From NCBI GenBank assembly GCA_947458835.1, contig CANHBC010000003.1, positions 1 through 55,054 of the forward strand: a stretch of DNA of 55,054 nucleotides, given 5' to 3'. The notes under the pieces are model-generated. The model was not told the origin of the DNA and searched no databases. It saw only the letters and a list, made by a program, of their open reading frames with translations. The stretch is from Betaproteobacteria bacterium (GTDB lineage: Bacteria > Pseudomonadota > Gammaproteobacteria > Burkholderiales > CAIKXV01). The position numbers and the translations under genes are program-made. Shown in pieces: positions 42,140-52,438 of this stretch. How positions within the stretch are numbered: the stretch's first letter is position 1; the number at the start of each line of letters is the position of its first letter.

Positions 42140-42523
42140 ATGGGAATCAGCTGGCTCACCGTGCTGCAGGCGGTTCCGTGGTCCGACGTGCTCCGGAATG
42201 CGCCCAAGGTTGCCGACGGCGCGAAGAAGCTCTGGAGCAGCGTCGCAGGTCAGCAGGGGCAGGATGCGTCGGGTGAAGGCGGCATGGCCCATGCGACGGG
42301 CGCCACCTCGGCCGAGGCACTGCAGGTCCGCGTCGATTCGCTCGAGGCGACCGTCTCCGACCTGCACGGCCAGCTGCTCACCTCCGCCGAACTGATCCGC
42401 GAGCTGGCCGAGCAGAACACCCGGCTGGTCGAGCGGGTCGAACTCAACCGGGTGCGCGCTGTGCGGATGACGTGGGCGCTGGTTGCTGTGGCCACGCTGG
42501 CGGTGGCGGGGATCGTCTGGTAG
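42140..42523 (+). CDS. Hypothetical coiled-coil protein with C-terminal TM
   Basis: WLTVLQAVPWSDVL...ELIRELAEQN...hydrophobic tail. Confidence 0.7.
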   Translation: MGISWLTVLQAVPWSDVLRNAPKVADGAKKLWSSVAGQQGQDASGEGGMAHATGATSAEALQVRVDSLEATVSDLHGQLLTSAELIRELAEQNTRLVERVELNRVRAVRMTWALVAVATLAVAGIVW

Positions 42524-42535
42524 GACGTTCCCTGG

Positions 42536-43375
42536 TCAGCGCACGTTGTTGCGCAGCACCGCCAGCCAGGGCCGGCTGGGCGAGGGCTGCAGCAGGCCGT
42601 TGGCGTCGAGCTTCACGTCGGTCCAGGTCACCGCATCGCGCACGTTGCCGCCGATCGCACCAAGCAGGCGCGGTGCGATGCTGACCACGAGGTCGCAGTG
42701 GTAGGTGCCGCGGCTGTCGTCGCTGGCGAGCTGGGCGAAGGCGGTCACCGCCCCGGCGGTCCAGGCCCGCGTGGCACAGATCAGGTCACCCACGCGTGGC
42801 GGCTCCCGCGCCGCATCGAGTGCCTCGAAGCCGGTGCGGTCGGGGAAATCGTGCGCTCGCTTGATGTAGTCCCAGTGCCGGGCGCTGGGCAGGAACACCT
42901 CGCGCGGCACGCCGGCGGCATGCATCAGGAACGAGATGAACACCGCTGACCAGGGCACCATCGAGCCGTCCTTGAGCAGTGCGCGCTCGGCCGGGAATTC
43001 GCTGCCACGCAGCACCGACCAGTACATGAGCACCCGGCTGGTGTAGTCGGGCTCATGTTCGGTGCGCGGCTTGCCCGGGCCGGCCGTCTCTGGCCTGCCA
43101 AGGATGCGCCCGGCCGACTCGATGCGCGGCCGCCCCCAGAGTGTCCATTCCTGCAGCGCGAGGGTCACCAGCCGCTGGCGCCGGTCCTGGATCTCGACTG
43201 GCCGCGCACCGGCCACGGGTGGCTGTGCCGGACCTGAAGGCCGCGGCGGTGCCACGCTCGCACAGCCAGCCAGCAGCAGCAGCGCCACGATCGCCGAAGC
43301 AGCGGCCGCGCGCGGTGCCAATCGGGCAGGCCGTACGCACGGCCAGTACGGTGAGGACTCGGGGCGCGGCTTCAT
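42536..43375 (-). CDS. DUF2272-like lipoprotein (CHAP-related fold)
   Basis: Lipobox LLAGC, PWSAVFIS, GDLIC, HCDLVV, IGGNV. Confidence 0.75.
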   Translation of the reverse strand: MKPRPESSPYWPCVRPARLAPRAAAASAIVALLLLAGCASVAPPRPSGPAQPPVAGARPVEIQDRRQRLVTLALQEWTLWGRPRIESAGRILGRPETAGPGKPRTEHEPDYTSRVLMYWSVLRGSEFPAERALLKDGSMVPWSAVFISFLMHAAGVPREVFLPSARHWDYIKRAHDFPDRTGFEALDAAREPPRVGDLICATRAWTAGAVTAFAQLASDDSRGTYHCDLVVSIAPRLLGAIGGNVRDAVTWTDVKLDANGLLQPSPSRPWLAVLRNNVR

Positions 43376-43466
43376 CGCGGGCGAGTCTAGCATCCGCTCC
43401 GGCGCGGGCCGACGTGGCCGGCGCGTAGAATCGGCGCCTTTCCATCGCTTGTCCGCTGGAGTCCAG

Positions 43467-44273
43467 ATGGCCCGAATGTCCGGCAAGGTCGCCTTCCTCA
43501 CCGGTGCAGGTGCCGGCATCGCCCGCGCCACCGCGCGCGCCTTCGCCCGCGAGGGCGCGAAGGTCGCGCTGTTCGAACTCGACGAGGCGGCTGGCCGATC
43601 GGCCGAAGCGCAGATCCGGGCCGAGGGCGGCGAGGCACTGTTCATCCGCACCGACGTGACGCAGGACGCCCAGGTGAAGCATGCGGTCGAGCGTACGGTC
43701 GAGGCGTTCGGCCGGCTCGACGTGATCATGAACTGCGCCGGTGGATCCCTGCAGGAAGACCGTCCGGTGCACCTGATGGATATCGAAACCTGGCACCGTA
43801 CGATGGCCCTCAACCTGCTGCATCCGTTCCTGTGCTGCCGCTACGCGATCCCGCACATGATCGCAGCGGGTGGTGGTTCGATCATCAACTTCTCGTCCCA
43901 CCTGGGGCTGAAGGGATCGGAGAAGCCGGCCTATGCCGCGGCCAAGGGCGGCATCATGTCGTTCACGAAGACGCTGGCCGCGCAGTACGTCGCGCACAAC
44001 ATCCGGGCCAACGCCATCGCACCGGCGATCGTGCGGACCGAACGGTCGATCGCGCGCTGGGAGAACAAGGACTGGCTGTTCGCCGAAAACCCGTCCCCGG
44101 CCGCCCGGGCGCGCATCACGATGCAGAAGCTCTATCCGTTCTCGGTCGGCGAGCCCGAGCACATCGCGGCGATCGCGGTGTTCCTCGGCTCCGATGAATC
44201 GCGCATGGTGAACGGCACCACGATCGCGGCCGATGGCGGGCGGTCGAGCTACCTGAAGGTATCGGTGGACTGA
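43467..44273 (+). CDS. SDR-family oxidoreductase
   Basis: TGAGAGIA, YAAAK. Confidence 0.9.
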   Translation: MARMSGKVAFLTGAGAGIARATARAFAREGAKVALFELDEAAGRSAEAQIRAEGGEALFIRTDVTQDAQVKHAVERTVEAFGRLDVIMNCAGGSLQEDRPVHLMDIETWHRTMALNLLHPFLCCRYAIPHMIAAGGGSIINFSSHLGLKGSEKPAYAAAKGGIMSFTKTLAAQYVAHNIRANAIAPAIVRTERSIARWENKDWLFAENPSPAARARITMQKLYPFSVGEPEHIAAIAVFLGSDESRMVNGTTIAADGGRSSYLKVSVD

Positions 44274-44285
44274 CCAGCCGCCGGG

Positions 44286-45086
44286 TCAGCGCGACGGCAG
44301 CGCGACCCAGCGAGGTCCGGCATCGGTGCCCGCATCGGCCTCGATCGACCGGATCACGATCGCCTGTTCGAACACCGCCTCGATCGCCGCATGCACGGCC
44401 GGGTCGCCGGGGGTTCCGCTGGCTTGCACCCGGCCGCGGGCCATCACCACCAACTGGTCGGCGGCCAGCGCGAGCGTGAGGTCGTGCAGCACGGCCGCGA
44501 CGGCCGCCTGCTGCCGCACCAGGCCGCTGATGCAGCACAGGACGGCCCGCTGGTGCGGCGGATCGAGGTGGGTGGTCGGCTCGTCGAGCAGCACGACTGG
44601 TGCCTGCACCGCGAGCACCCGGGCCAGCAGCGCGCGCTGGCGCTCTCCGCCGGAGAGTTCGCCCAGCCGCCGATGTGCGAACGCGGTGCTGCCGGTCGCC
44701 TCCAGTGCCAGCTCGACGGCGCGCAGGTCCCGTGCGTCCGGGCTGCCGAAGAGTCCCTGGTGGGGCAGCCGGCCCAGGCCTACGATCGCGCGCACCGCGA
44801 GGTCGCCATCTGCCTCGCCCTGCTGCGCGAGCCATGCAACCTGGCGCGCACGCTCGCGCGCGGGCAGCGTAGCCAGGTGCATGCCGCCGACCTGCACCTG
44901 TCCGCGGTCGGGGCGGCGCAGGCCGGCGAGCACCGAAAGCAGCGTGCTCTTGCCTGCGCCGTTGGGCCCGACGATCGCGGTCCAGCGCCCGGGCTGCAGT
45001 TCGATCGACACGTCGTCGAGGACCGTCGCTGCGCCGAGCGTGACCCCGATGCCGGTGGCGACCATGGCCGGCGCGTTGGTGCTCAT
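44286..45086 (-). CDS. Cobalamin/Fe-siderophore ABC ATPase
   Basis: GPNGAGKST, LSGGERQR, LLDEPTTHLD. Confidence 0.88.
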   Translation of the reverse strand: MSTNAPAMVATGIGVTLGAATVLDDVSIELQPGRWTAIVGPNGAGKSTLLSVLAGLRRPDRGQVQVGGMHLATLPARERARQVAWLAQQGEADGDLAVRAIVGLGRLPHQGLFGSPDARDLRAVELALEATGSTAFAHRRLGELSGGERQRALLARVLAVQAPVVLLDEPTTHLDPPHQRAVLCCISGLVRQQAAVAAVLHDLTLALAADQLVVMARGRVQASGTPGDPAVHAAIEAVFEQAIVIRSIEADAGTDAGPRWVALPSR

Positions 45087-46105
45087 CCGCGGCTCCGGCG
45101 CAGCAGCAGCAGCAGGTAGAGGCCGCCCAGCACGGCGGTGAGCACGCCTACCGGCAACTCCTGCGGCGCGATCACGCTGCGTGCGGCAAGGTCCCCGGCC
45201 AGCAGCAGCACGCCCCCGGTCAGCGCCGAGAGCGCAAGCAGCGGTCCGTGCGCGACCGTCACGCAGCGGCGGACCAGGTGCGGCGCGACCAGGCCGACGA
45301 AGGCGATCAGGCCGACCTGTGCGACCGCTGCCCCGGTCGCCAGCGCCATCAGCGAGACCAGCAGCAGCCGCACCTGCGCGAGCGGCACGCCGAGGCTGGC
45401 CGCGCTGGCCTCGCCCAGGACCAGCGCATCGAGCGCACGCGACACGCGCAGCGCGATCGGCAGTGCCAGGGCCAGCACGGCTGCCAGCACACCTACGCCG
45501 TCCCACCCGAGAAAGCCGGTGGTGCCGAGCAGGAACACCTGCTTGCCGCGCAGCGCATCGGGAGAGACCAGCAGCACCAGTTCCGACACCGCGCCCAGCA
45601 GCACGCCGACCACCACGCCGCAGAGCAGCAGCGACATCGGCCGCGCGGCGCCACCGGCCAGCAGCAGGGTCAGCGCGACACCGCCCAGCGCCCCGGCGAA
45701 GGCGGCGCCGACCAGCCCGGCCTGCAGCAGCGCGCTGGCGGTCGCAAGCCCGATGGATGCCCCGGCGGCTCCACCGGCGGCGAGCACCAGCACCACGCCG
45801 AGACCTGCACCAGCCGCCGAGCCCAGCAGGTAGGGATCGGCCAGTGGATTGCGGAACAGTCCCTGTGCGATCGCGCCGGCCAGGCCGAGCAGGGCACCGG
45901 CCAGCCACGCCCCCGCCGAACGTGGCGCACGGATGTCGCGCACCAGGGTCCAGGCCTCGGACCAGGCGAGCGACCAGCCCTCGCTGCCGGCGGACAGGCC
46001 GGCCAGCAGCAGCGCCGCGGTGGCCGCGGCGAGCAGCATCGCCAGCACCGTGGCCGTCGGTCGCGCTGGCGCCATGTCGGGGCGGCCACCCGGCGCTTTG
46101 GTCAC
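45083..46105 (-). CDS. FecCD/BtuC-family permease
   Basis: QGLFRNPLADPYLLG, FVGLVAPH, ELPVG. Confidence 0.9.
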   Translation of the reverse strand: MTKAPGGRPDMAPARPTATVLAMLLAAATAALLLAGLSAGSEGWSLAWSEAWTLVRDIRAPRSAGAWLAGALLGLAGAIAQGLFRNPLADPYLLGSAAGAGLGVVLVLAAGGAAGASIGLATASALLQAGLVGAAFAGALGGVALTLLLAGGAARPMSLLLCGVVVGVLLGAVSELVLLVSPDALRGKQVFLLGTTGFLGWDGVGVLAAVLALALPIALRVSRALDALVLGEASAASLGVPLAQVRLLLVSLMALATGAAVAQVGLIAFVGLVAPHLVRRCVTVAHGPLLALSALTGGVLLLAGDLAARSVIAPQELPVGVLTAVLGGLYLLLLLRRSRG

Positions 46106-47043
46106 GGCTTGCCCCCGTCCAGTGCAGCGAGGCAGTCGGCCAGCCGCCCCGCAGCCTCGCCCAGCCTCGGGCCCGGCCGGACGAGCAGGTCGTACACCGC
46201 TGGCGCGAACGCGCAGGTACGGCGTTCGCGCAGCGCCACCAGGCTGGCCCAGCCCGGCCGCTTCGGCATGTCGCGCAACGCCTGTTCACTGGCGAGGATC
46301 ACGTGTGGCTGGGCACGCACGACGAACTCGGGGTTGAGCTTCGGGAATGGGCCCATCGAGGCCGGCACGATGTTGCCCATGCCGAGCCGGGACAGCACCT
46401 CGCCGACGAAGGAGCCATCTCCGGCGGCGTGTGGGGCCGAGGACACCTCGAAGTACACGCGCTGGCCGCGCAGCCGGGCCGGCACGCGCCGGGCGGCGGC
46501 ATCGATGCCGGCCGAGAGGCGGCGCCATTCCGCCTCGCCTGCGACCGGGTCGCCCAGTGCGGTGGCGATCGCTTCCAGCATCCGCCGGGTGTCGTCGAGC
46601 GTGTTCGGCTGCAGCGCGAGGACCGGGACGTGCAGCGCCTCCAGTCGGGCGAGCACGCGCGCCGAGGGCACGGCGAGCACGAGGTCGGGCTTCAGCGCGA
46701 CGATCCGTTCGACCTGTGCGTCTTCGAGGCCGCCCAGCCTGGGCAGCCGCTCGACCTGGGCCGGCCAGTTCGAGAAGCGGTCGACGCCGACCAGCCGGTC
46801 GCAGCCGCCGAGCGCGCAGACGGTCTCGGTCAGCGAGGGCGCGAGGCTGATGATGCGACGGGGCGGCACGGCGAGACGGACGGTGCGTCCGCGATCGTCG
46901 ATGATCGAGAGGGGCGCGTGGGCTGCGGCGTGCGTGGCCCCGGCCGTCGCCAGCGCAGCACCGACAGGGACTGCGAGCGCCGCGGCGGATACGGCGGCGC
47001 AGGCAAGCGCCGAGCATGCAATCCGCACGAGTGCCCTGTCCAT
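46102..47043 (-). CDS. BtuF-like helical-backbone periplasmic binding protein
   Basis: RIISLAPSLTETV, ERIVALKPDLV, RPGPRL. Confidence 0.88.
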   Translation of the reverse strand: MDRALVRIACSALACAAVSAAALAVPVGAALATAGATHAAAHAPLSIIDDRGRTVRLAVPPRRIISLAPSLTETVCALGGCDRLVGVDRFSNWPAQVERLPRLGGLEDAQVERIVALKPDLVLAVPSARVLARLEALHVPVLALQPNTLDDTRRMLEAIATALGDPVAGEAEWRRLSAGIDAAARRVPARLRGQRVYFEVSSAPHAAGDGSFVGEVLSRLGMGNIVPASMGPFPKLNPEFVVRAQPHVILASEQALRDMPKRPGWASLVALRERRTCAFAPAVYDLLVRPGPRLGEAAGRLADCLAALDGGKP

Positions 47044-47273
47044 GCCTGTCGTCCACCCACGCTGCAAGCTTGCCCCCTGTTCGGCAGGCCGGGTGTCCCG
47101 CAGCACCTGACGCGAGGCTAGGTTAACCTGCGCCCCCCGGCAGCGCAAACACGTGCGGCTGTCAGGCACCCTTCGGGCCCGGCCCGCTTTCCGTGGCGCC
47201 GACGATGGAACAACGAACGACGCATCGCGGCGTCATGGCGACGATGCACCCAGCGATGCACTAAGGAGGATGC

Positions 47274-48272
47274 ATGAACGCCCGGCAATCCCGTTTCCTG
47301 TCCCGCGGGTCGAGCGCGCCAGGCGCGTTCGCTGCGTCGCTGGCGCTGCTGGCCGCGCTGCCGGTGGCCGCACAGACCTATCCGTCCAGGCCGATCCGCA
47401 TGGTGATCCCGATCGCCGCCGGCGGCGGCACCGATGCGATGGGCCGGCTGATCGCGCAGCGGCTGGGTGAGCAGATGGGCGTGTCGGTGATCGTCGAGAA
47501 CCGTGCCGGTGCCGGCACGGTCATCGGTACCGAGATCGTCGCGCGCTCGCCGGGCGACGGCTACACGCTGATGACGGTGGCGCCCGAGTTCGTGATCAAC
47601 CCCGGGCTGGTGCGCAAGCTGCCCTACGATCCGATCCGCGACTTCGCGCCGATCACCCAGCTCACGTCGGGGCAGTACTACCTGTCCACGCATCCGTCAG
47701 TGCCAGTGCGCACGCTGAAGGAGTTCATTGCCCTGGCGCGGTCGCGCCCCGGCGAGGTGACCTTCGGCTCTTCCGGCAACGGCAGCGCCAACCACCTGGC
47801 CGGCGTGCTGTTCCAGCAGATGACCGGCACGAAGCTGGTCCACGTGCCGTACAAGGGGGCCGGACCCGCGGGCGCGGCGCTGATCGGCGGCCAGATCGAC
47901 TTCATGTTCAGCAACATCGCCTCGGCGATGCCCTACCTGAAGTCGGGCAAGCTGCGCGCAATCGCCGCCACCGGCGAGCGGCGGCCGGCGGTCACGCCCG
48001 AGGTGCCGACGGTCGCCGAGTCCGGCGTTCCCGGCTTCGTGGTGACCGGGTTCTTCCTGCTGCTCGCGCCGGGCAGCACGCCGCGCGAGATCGTCGGGCG
48101 GCTCAACGCAGAGGCGGTGAAGGCGCTGCAGACATCTTCGATGAAGGACACGCTCGCCACGCTCGGGCTCGAGCCGGTGGGCAGCACGCCGGAGGTCACG
48201 GGTGCGTTCATCAAGGCGGAGATCGCCAAGTGGACGCCGATCGTGCGCGCGGCCGGCGCGCAGACCGATTGA
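47274..48272 (+). CDS. Bug/TctC solute-binding protein
   Basis: YPSRPIRMVIPIAAGGGTD, HVPYKG. Confidence 0.92.
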   Translation: MNARQSRFLSRGSSAPGAFAASLALLAALPVAAQTYPSRPIRMVIPIAAGGGTDAMGRLIAQRLGEQMGVSVIVENRAGAGTVIGTEIVARSPGDGYTLMTVAPEFVINPGLVRKLPYDPIRDFAPITQLTSGQYYLSTHPSVPVRTLKEFIALARSRPGEVTFGSSGNGSANHLAGVLFQQMTGTKLVHVPYKGAGPAGAALIGGQIDFMFSNIASAMPYLKSGKLRAIAATGERRPAVTPEVPTVAESGVPGFVVTGFFLLLAPGSTPREIVGRLNAEAVKALQTSSMKDTLATLGLEPVGSTPEVTGAFIKAEIAKWTPIVRAAGAQTD

Positions 48273-48276
48273 GCGG

Positions 48277-49704
48277 GTGGTGATCGACGGCTCAGTCCCC
48301 GACGGCGTGCCTGTTCCAGCCGCCGCCACCGCTCGCCTCGCCCGCTTCGTCGCGCGGACCGACGCCTCGGCGATCCCCGAGCCGGTGCTGCATGCGGGCC
48401 GCCGCTGCCTGGTGAACCTGGTCGGGGTGAGCCTGCATGCGACGCGCGATCCGGCGCTGCCGGTGCTGCTCGATGTGCTCCAGGCCGAGGGTGGGCAACC
48501 GCGCGCGACGGTGATCGGCGGCCGCCGGCGCCTGCCGCTGCAGCAGGCGGCGCTCGCCAACGGCCTGCTCGCCCACCTGGACGACTTCGACGACACGTTC
48601 TTCCCGACCGTACTGCATCCATCGGCGCCGACGATCCCGGCTGCCCTGGCGGTGGCCGAGGACCAGCGTGCGAGTGGTCGCGACTTCCTCGCGGCGATGG
48701 TGCTCGGGCTGGAAGCGTGCTGCCGGGTCGCACTGTCGATCCAGCAGGTGCGCCACGGCGCGATCTGGCACATGACCGGGACCGCCGGCGTGTTCGGCAG
48801 CGCGGCAGCGGCCGGCCGGCTGCTCGGGCTGGACGCCGCAACGATGGCAGTCGCGTTCGGGCTGGCCGGTACCCAGGCCGGCGGACTGCGAGAGACCTTC
48901 GGCACGATGACCAAGGCCTTCCATCCGGCGCGTGCGGCGCAGTCGGGCCTGTTCGCGGCCCTGCTCGCGCAGCGTGGCTTCACCAGCACGTCGAGCATCC
49001 TCGAAGGGGCGCACGGGTTCGGCCAGGCGTTCGCCGCCGGTTCGTTCGATGCCGCCGCGCTCACCGAAGGCCTCGGTGAGCGCTGGCTGCTGATGGACAA
49101 CGCGCCCAAGCCCTACGCATCGGCGATCCTCAGCCACCCGATGGTCGATGCGATGCTCGCGCTGCGCACGCAGCCTGGCGTGTCGCCGGCGCAGGTGGTG
49201 CGCATCAGCGGACGGGTGAATCCGCTCGCGATCCGGCTGGAGAGCCGTCCCGAGCCCGCCGATGGCCTCGCCGCTCGCCTGTCGTTCCAGCATGCGATGG
49301 CGGCCGCGTTCGTGGATGGTGCCTGCCTGCCCGCGCAGTTCACCGATGCGCGGGTACACGATCCGGTGGTCGCCGGCGTGCGGCGGTTGATCGAGATGGC
49401 GCCAGACCCCGCGATACCGCAGCATGGTTGCGAGGTCGAACTGTCTCTGGCCGACGGGCGGGTGCTGTGCCAGCCGATCGAACATGCGACCGGGAGTCCG
49501 GTGCGCCCGGTGAGCGACGCGCAGCTGGAGGCGAAATTCCTCGCGCTGGCGGGCACCGTGCTACCGGCGACGCGGGCGCGGCGGCTGCTCGGCCGCCTCT
49601 GGCAGGTGGACGGGCTGCCGGATCTCGGCGTGCTGTTGCGGGCTTGTCGCACTCCACCGAAGCCGGTTGATGCAGCGGCCAGCGGCCAGGCAAGCGATGG
49701 CTGA
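48277..49704 (+). CDS. MmgE/PrpD family protein
   Basis: ANGLLAHLDDFDD, HPSAP, WHMTGT, KAFHP, KPY, GSP...KF. Start approximate. Confidence 0.88.
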   Translation: MVIDGSVPDGVPVPAAATARLARFVARTDASAIPEPVLHAGRRCLVNLVGVSLHATRDPALPVLLDVLQAEGGQPRATVIGGRRRLPLQQAALANGLLAHLDDFDDTFFPTVLHPSAPTIPAALAVAEDQRASGRDFLAAMVLGLEACCRVALSIQQVRHGAIWHMTGTAGVFGSAAAAGRLLGLDAATMAVAFGLAGTQAGGLRETFGTMTKAFHPARAAQSGLFAALLAQRGFTSTSSILEGAHGFGQAFAAGSFDAAALTEGLGERWLLMDNAPKPYASAILSHPMVDAMLALRTQPGVSPAQVVRISGRVNPLAIRLESRPEPADGLAARLSFQHAMAAAFVDGACLPAQFTDARVHDPVVAGVRRLIEMAPDPAIPQHGCEVELSLADGRVLCQPIEHATGSPVRPVSDAQLEAKFLALAGTVLPATRARRLLGRLWQVDGLPDLGVLLRACRTPPKPVDAAASGQASDG

Positions 49705-49768
49705 AATGACAAGCCCGGCGAAGCGGATCAGGGGGCGTTGCGCAATCGAGCCAGTCAGGTGCAATCCC

Positions 49769-49960
49769 ATGACCACTCTCGAATTGAAGCCGGACTTGCC
49801 GGATCGCCTGGCGCAGGCCGAGGCGTAGCGCGCGGAGATCGAGCGCTCTACCAGCCGTCCGCTGCTGGCAGGACTCGCTCGCATCCTGCAGCGCCGTAAG
49901 TTCGCCGACGTGATCGAGGCGTCAGGACTGTCAATCGAAGAACTGGTTCTGGGCCAGTAA
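49769..49960 (+). pseudogene. Collapsed antitoxin / PIN-family toxin remnant
   Basis: MTTLELKPDLPDRLAQAEA* then EIERSTSRPLLAGLARILQRRKFADVIEASGLSIEELVLGQ*, resembling the middle of PIN_3 toxins. Confidence 0.5.
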
Positions 49961-50414
49961 GCCGAGGCTGCCGGGCAGGAGGTCGCTGGCCTGATGAAGT
50001 GCCGGGCTCACCCCTGGCCCGATCGGCGCGCGCCGCTCGTCGAGCCAGAGCACGGACGGGACGAACACCCGCGCCGTGGCCATCATCTGCGGGAACGTAT
50101 CGATCCGCAGCACCTGCGCGCGGGCGCAGGCCGGCCTGGCTGAATGCCACGAACGGACCTGGGAGGCGCAGGCGGTCAGCAGGCTCGCTGCAAGAAGTGC
50201 GACGACACCGGAGAGGGGAGCGCGTGGTCAGCGTTTCGGTGGGGCGGCACGAGACGGAAGCGGATGCACGCGCGATTTCTCCACGCGATGGCTATCGTGG
50301 GCCCACGCAGGCGACCTCACAAGTGCGGCAGCGTCAATCCTCAAGCGCATGGACTCAGCTTTCCGGAAAAGCTGTCCGAACGCGTGGAGCCCGCTCCAGG
50401 CACCCGACGCAGCC

Positions 50415-50432
50415 TTGTCATCGGCCTGTCAC
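50415..50432 (+). promoter_or_regulatory. Pho box
   Basis: TTGTCAT-CGGC-CTGTCAC with 11-bp periodicity, 57 nt upstream of phoD. Confidence 0.78.
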
Positions 50433-50489
50433 GGCCTTGCCTCAGGACTGCGCTACGGTATGCGAAACGACCTGCTCTGGGAGCCGCCA

Positions 50490-52097
50490 ATGGACAGCAC
50501 GCGCCGCCACATCCTCAACCTCTCGCGCCGCGGCCTGCTGCGCGGCTCCGTCGCCGCCGCCGCGCTGGCGGCGATCCAACCCGCCACCGCTCCGCGTGTC
50601 TGGGCGCAGCCGGTTTTCACGCGCTATCCGTTCACCCTCGGCGTCGCCTCGGGCGATCCGCTGCCCGACGGGGTGGTGATCTGGACCCGGCTCGCACCCG
50701 AACCGCTGGCCGGTGGCGGCATGCCGCGGATGGCCGTCGAGGTGGTCTGGGAGGTCGCCGAGGATCCCGGTTTTGCCCGCATCGCGCAGCGCGGCACCGC
50801 GCTGGCCCGGCCCGAGCTGGGCCACTCCGTGCATGTCGAGGTCGGCGGACTGCAGCCGGGCCGTCCCTATCACTACCGCTTCCGCGTGGGGCGGGAGATC
50901 AGCCCGGTCGGCCGCACCCGCACCGCGCCCGCCCCCGATGCGGCACTCGCCCGGCTGCGCTTCGTCAATGCCGGCTGCCAGCACTACGAGCATGGCTTCT
51001 TCACCGCCTGGCGGCACATCGCCGAGGAGTCCGATCTCGACTTCGTCTTCCACTATGGCGACTACATTTACGAGTACCGCGCGCGGGGGAATCAGCCCGG
51101 GGGCGCGCCGGCGGTGCGCCAGCACCTGGGCGAGGAGATCTACACCCTGGACGACTATCGCAACCGATACGCGCTGTATCGGCTCGACCCCGATCTCGCC
51201 GCGGCACATGCGGCGCATCCCTTCCTGGTTTCCTTCGACGACCATGAGGTGGACAACAACTGGGCCGGCGAGATCAGCGAGGAGGACGGCTCGGCGCGCT
51301 TCCCCGTCTCGGTGCCGCCGGAGATCTTCGCGCTGCGCAAGCAGATCGCCTTCCAAGCCTGGTACGAGATGATGCCGCTCCGCCGCGCACAATTGCCACG
51401 CGGGCCGCAGATCCTCGCGCATCGGCGGCTGCGCTACGGCAGGCTCGCCGATATCCATGTGCTCGACACACGCGGCTACCGCACCGACCAGCCCTGCGGC
51501 GACGGCGTCGCGCAGGCCTGCGCCGAGGTCAAACGCGCGGATGCGACCATGCTGGGTGCTGAACAGGAAGCCTGGTTGCTGCGCAACCTCGAGGGTCGGC
51601 ACGCCACCTGGCAGGTGCTGGCGCAGCAGGTGATGGTCATGGAGCGTGACCTGGGCGACGATGTTCGCGGTCGCATGATCTCCATGGACAAGTGGGACGC
51701 GATGCCGGTGGCGCGCCAGCGCCTGCTGAACGGGGTGCGGCAGCGCAATGTCGGCAACCTCGTCGTGCTGACGGGCGATGTACACAACGCCTGGGCCGGC
51801 GAGGTACGCGCCAATGGCGGCGAGGGGCCGGCGCTGATGACCGAGTTCTGCGCGAGCTCCATCAGCTCCAATGGCGATGGCAGCGAGACACTGGCCGCGA
51901 CTCCGACGGTAATGCGGCGCAACCCGCACATCTCTTTCTTCAACAACCGCCGCGGCTATTGCCTGCATGAAGCGGGGCCGAAGCAGATGGCGGTGAGCTT
52001 CCGCGGGGTGGACTACGTGACGCGACCCGGCGCGCCGCTGGTGGACAAGGCCCGCTTCGTGGTGGAGGCCGGCCGCGCCACGATCGCCAGCGCCTGA
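50490..52097 (+). CDS. phoD: PhoD alkaline phosphatase, Tat-exported
   Basis: SRRGLL, FTLGVASGDP, GDYIYE, DDHEVDNN, LDTRGYR, LTGDVH. Confidence 0.94.
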   Translation: MDSTRRHILNLSRRGLLRGSVAAAALAAIQPATAPRVWAQPVFTRYPFTLGVASGDPLPDGVVIWTRLAPEPLAGGGMPRMAVEVVWEVAEDPGFARIAQRGTALARPELGHSVHVEVGGLQPGRPYHYRFRVGREISPVGRTRTAPAPDAALARLRFVNAGCQHYEHGFFTAWRHIAEESDLDFVFHYGDYIYEYRARGNQPGGAPAVRQHLGEEIYTLDDYRNRYALYRLDPDLAAAHAAHPFLVSFDDHEVDNNWAGEISEEDGSARFPVSVPPEIFALRKQIAFQAWYEMMPLRRAQLPRGPQILAHRRLRYGRLADIHVLDTRGYRTDQPCGDGVAQACAEVKRADATMLGAEQEAWLLRNLEGRHATWQVLAQQVMVMERDLGDDVRGRMISMDKWDAMPVARQRLLNGVRQRNVGNLVVLTGDVHNAWAGEVRANGGEGPALMTEFCASSISSNGDGSETLAATPTVMRRNPHISFFNNRRGYCLHEAGPKQMAVSFRGVDYVTRPGAPLVDKARFVVEAGRATIASA

Positions 52098-52270
52098 CGC
52101 AGGCCGCACCCGCCGACCGCCAACCCCAGGCGCTCGAGCGCTAGTCGGCCGCAGGAGACCTCGCGTCCAGGGTCGATGGTGGCCTGCGGTGGATCGGCGC
52201 GACGCTGGCGGGCTGCAGGCAGCAGCGCGTGGGGGCGGGCAGGGGTGTTTGAAAGTGCCGTTCGCGCGCG

Positions 52271-52333
52271 TTCCGCAAGGCCGAGATCGCGAAATGGGGC
52301 AGGGCGATCAAGGATGCGGGGATGCGGCAGTAG
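52271..52333 (+). pseudogene. Orphan C-terminal fragment of a Bug gene
   Basis: FRKAEIAKWGRAIKDAGMRQ* matches the C-termini of the intact Bug paralogs here. Confidence 0.55.
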
Positions 52334-52438
52334 CAGGCCGCCAGCGCCTGCGCTGGTTCCAGCACGCCGCATCAGCCCGGGATGTCACTGCTTGCCAGGC
52401 AACTTTCATCTTCAGGGGGCGCCAACTGTGATGGCTGT

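Noticed and set aside
47044-47273. Cobalamin riboswitch upstream of the btuF-like gene
   Set aside because: Only a vague AGGTGC...AACAGGGG resemblance; the conserved GGGAA, CCCCGCAACTGT and B12-box elements were not found. An Infernal search would be needed.
49931-50113. 60-aa minus-strand ORF with protein-like composition
   Set aside because: No assignable family and no start context; possibly a remnant.
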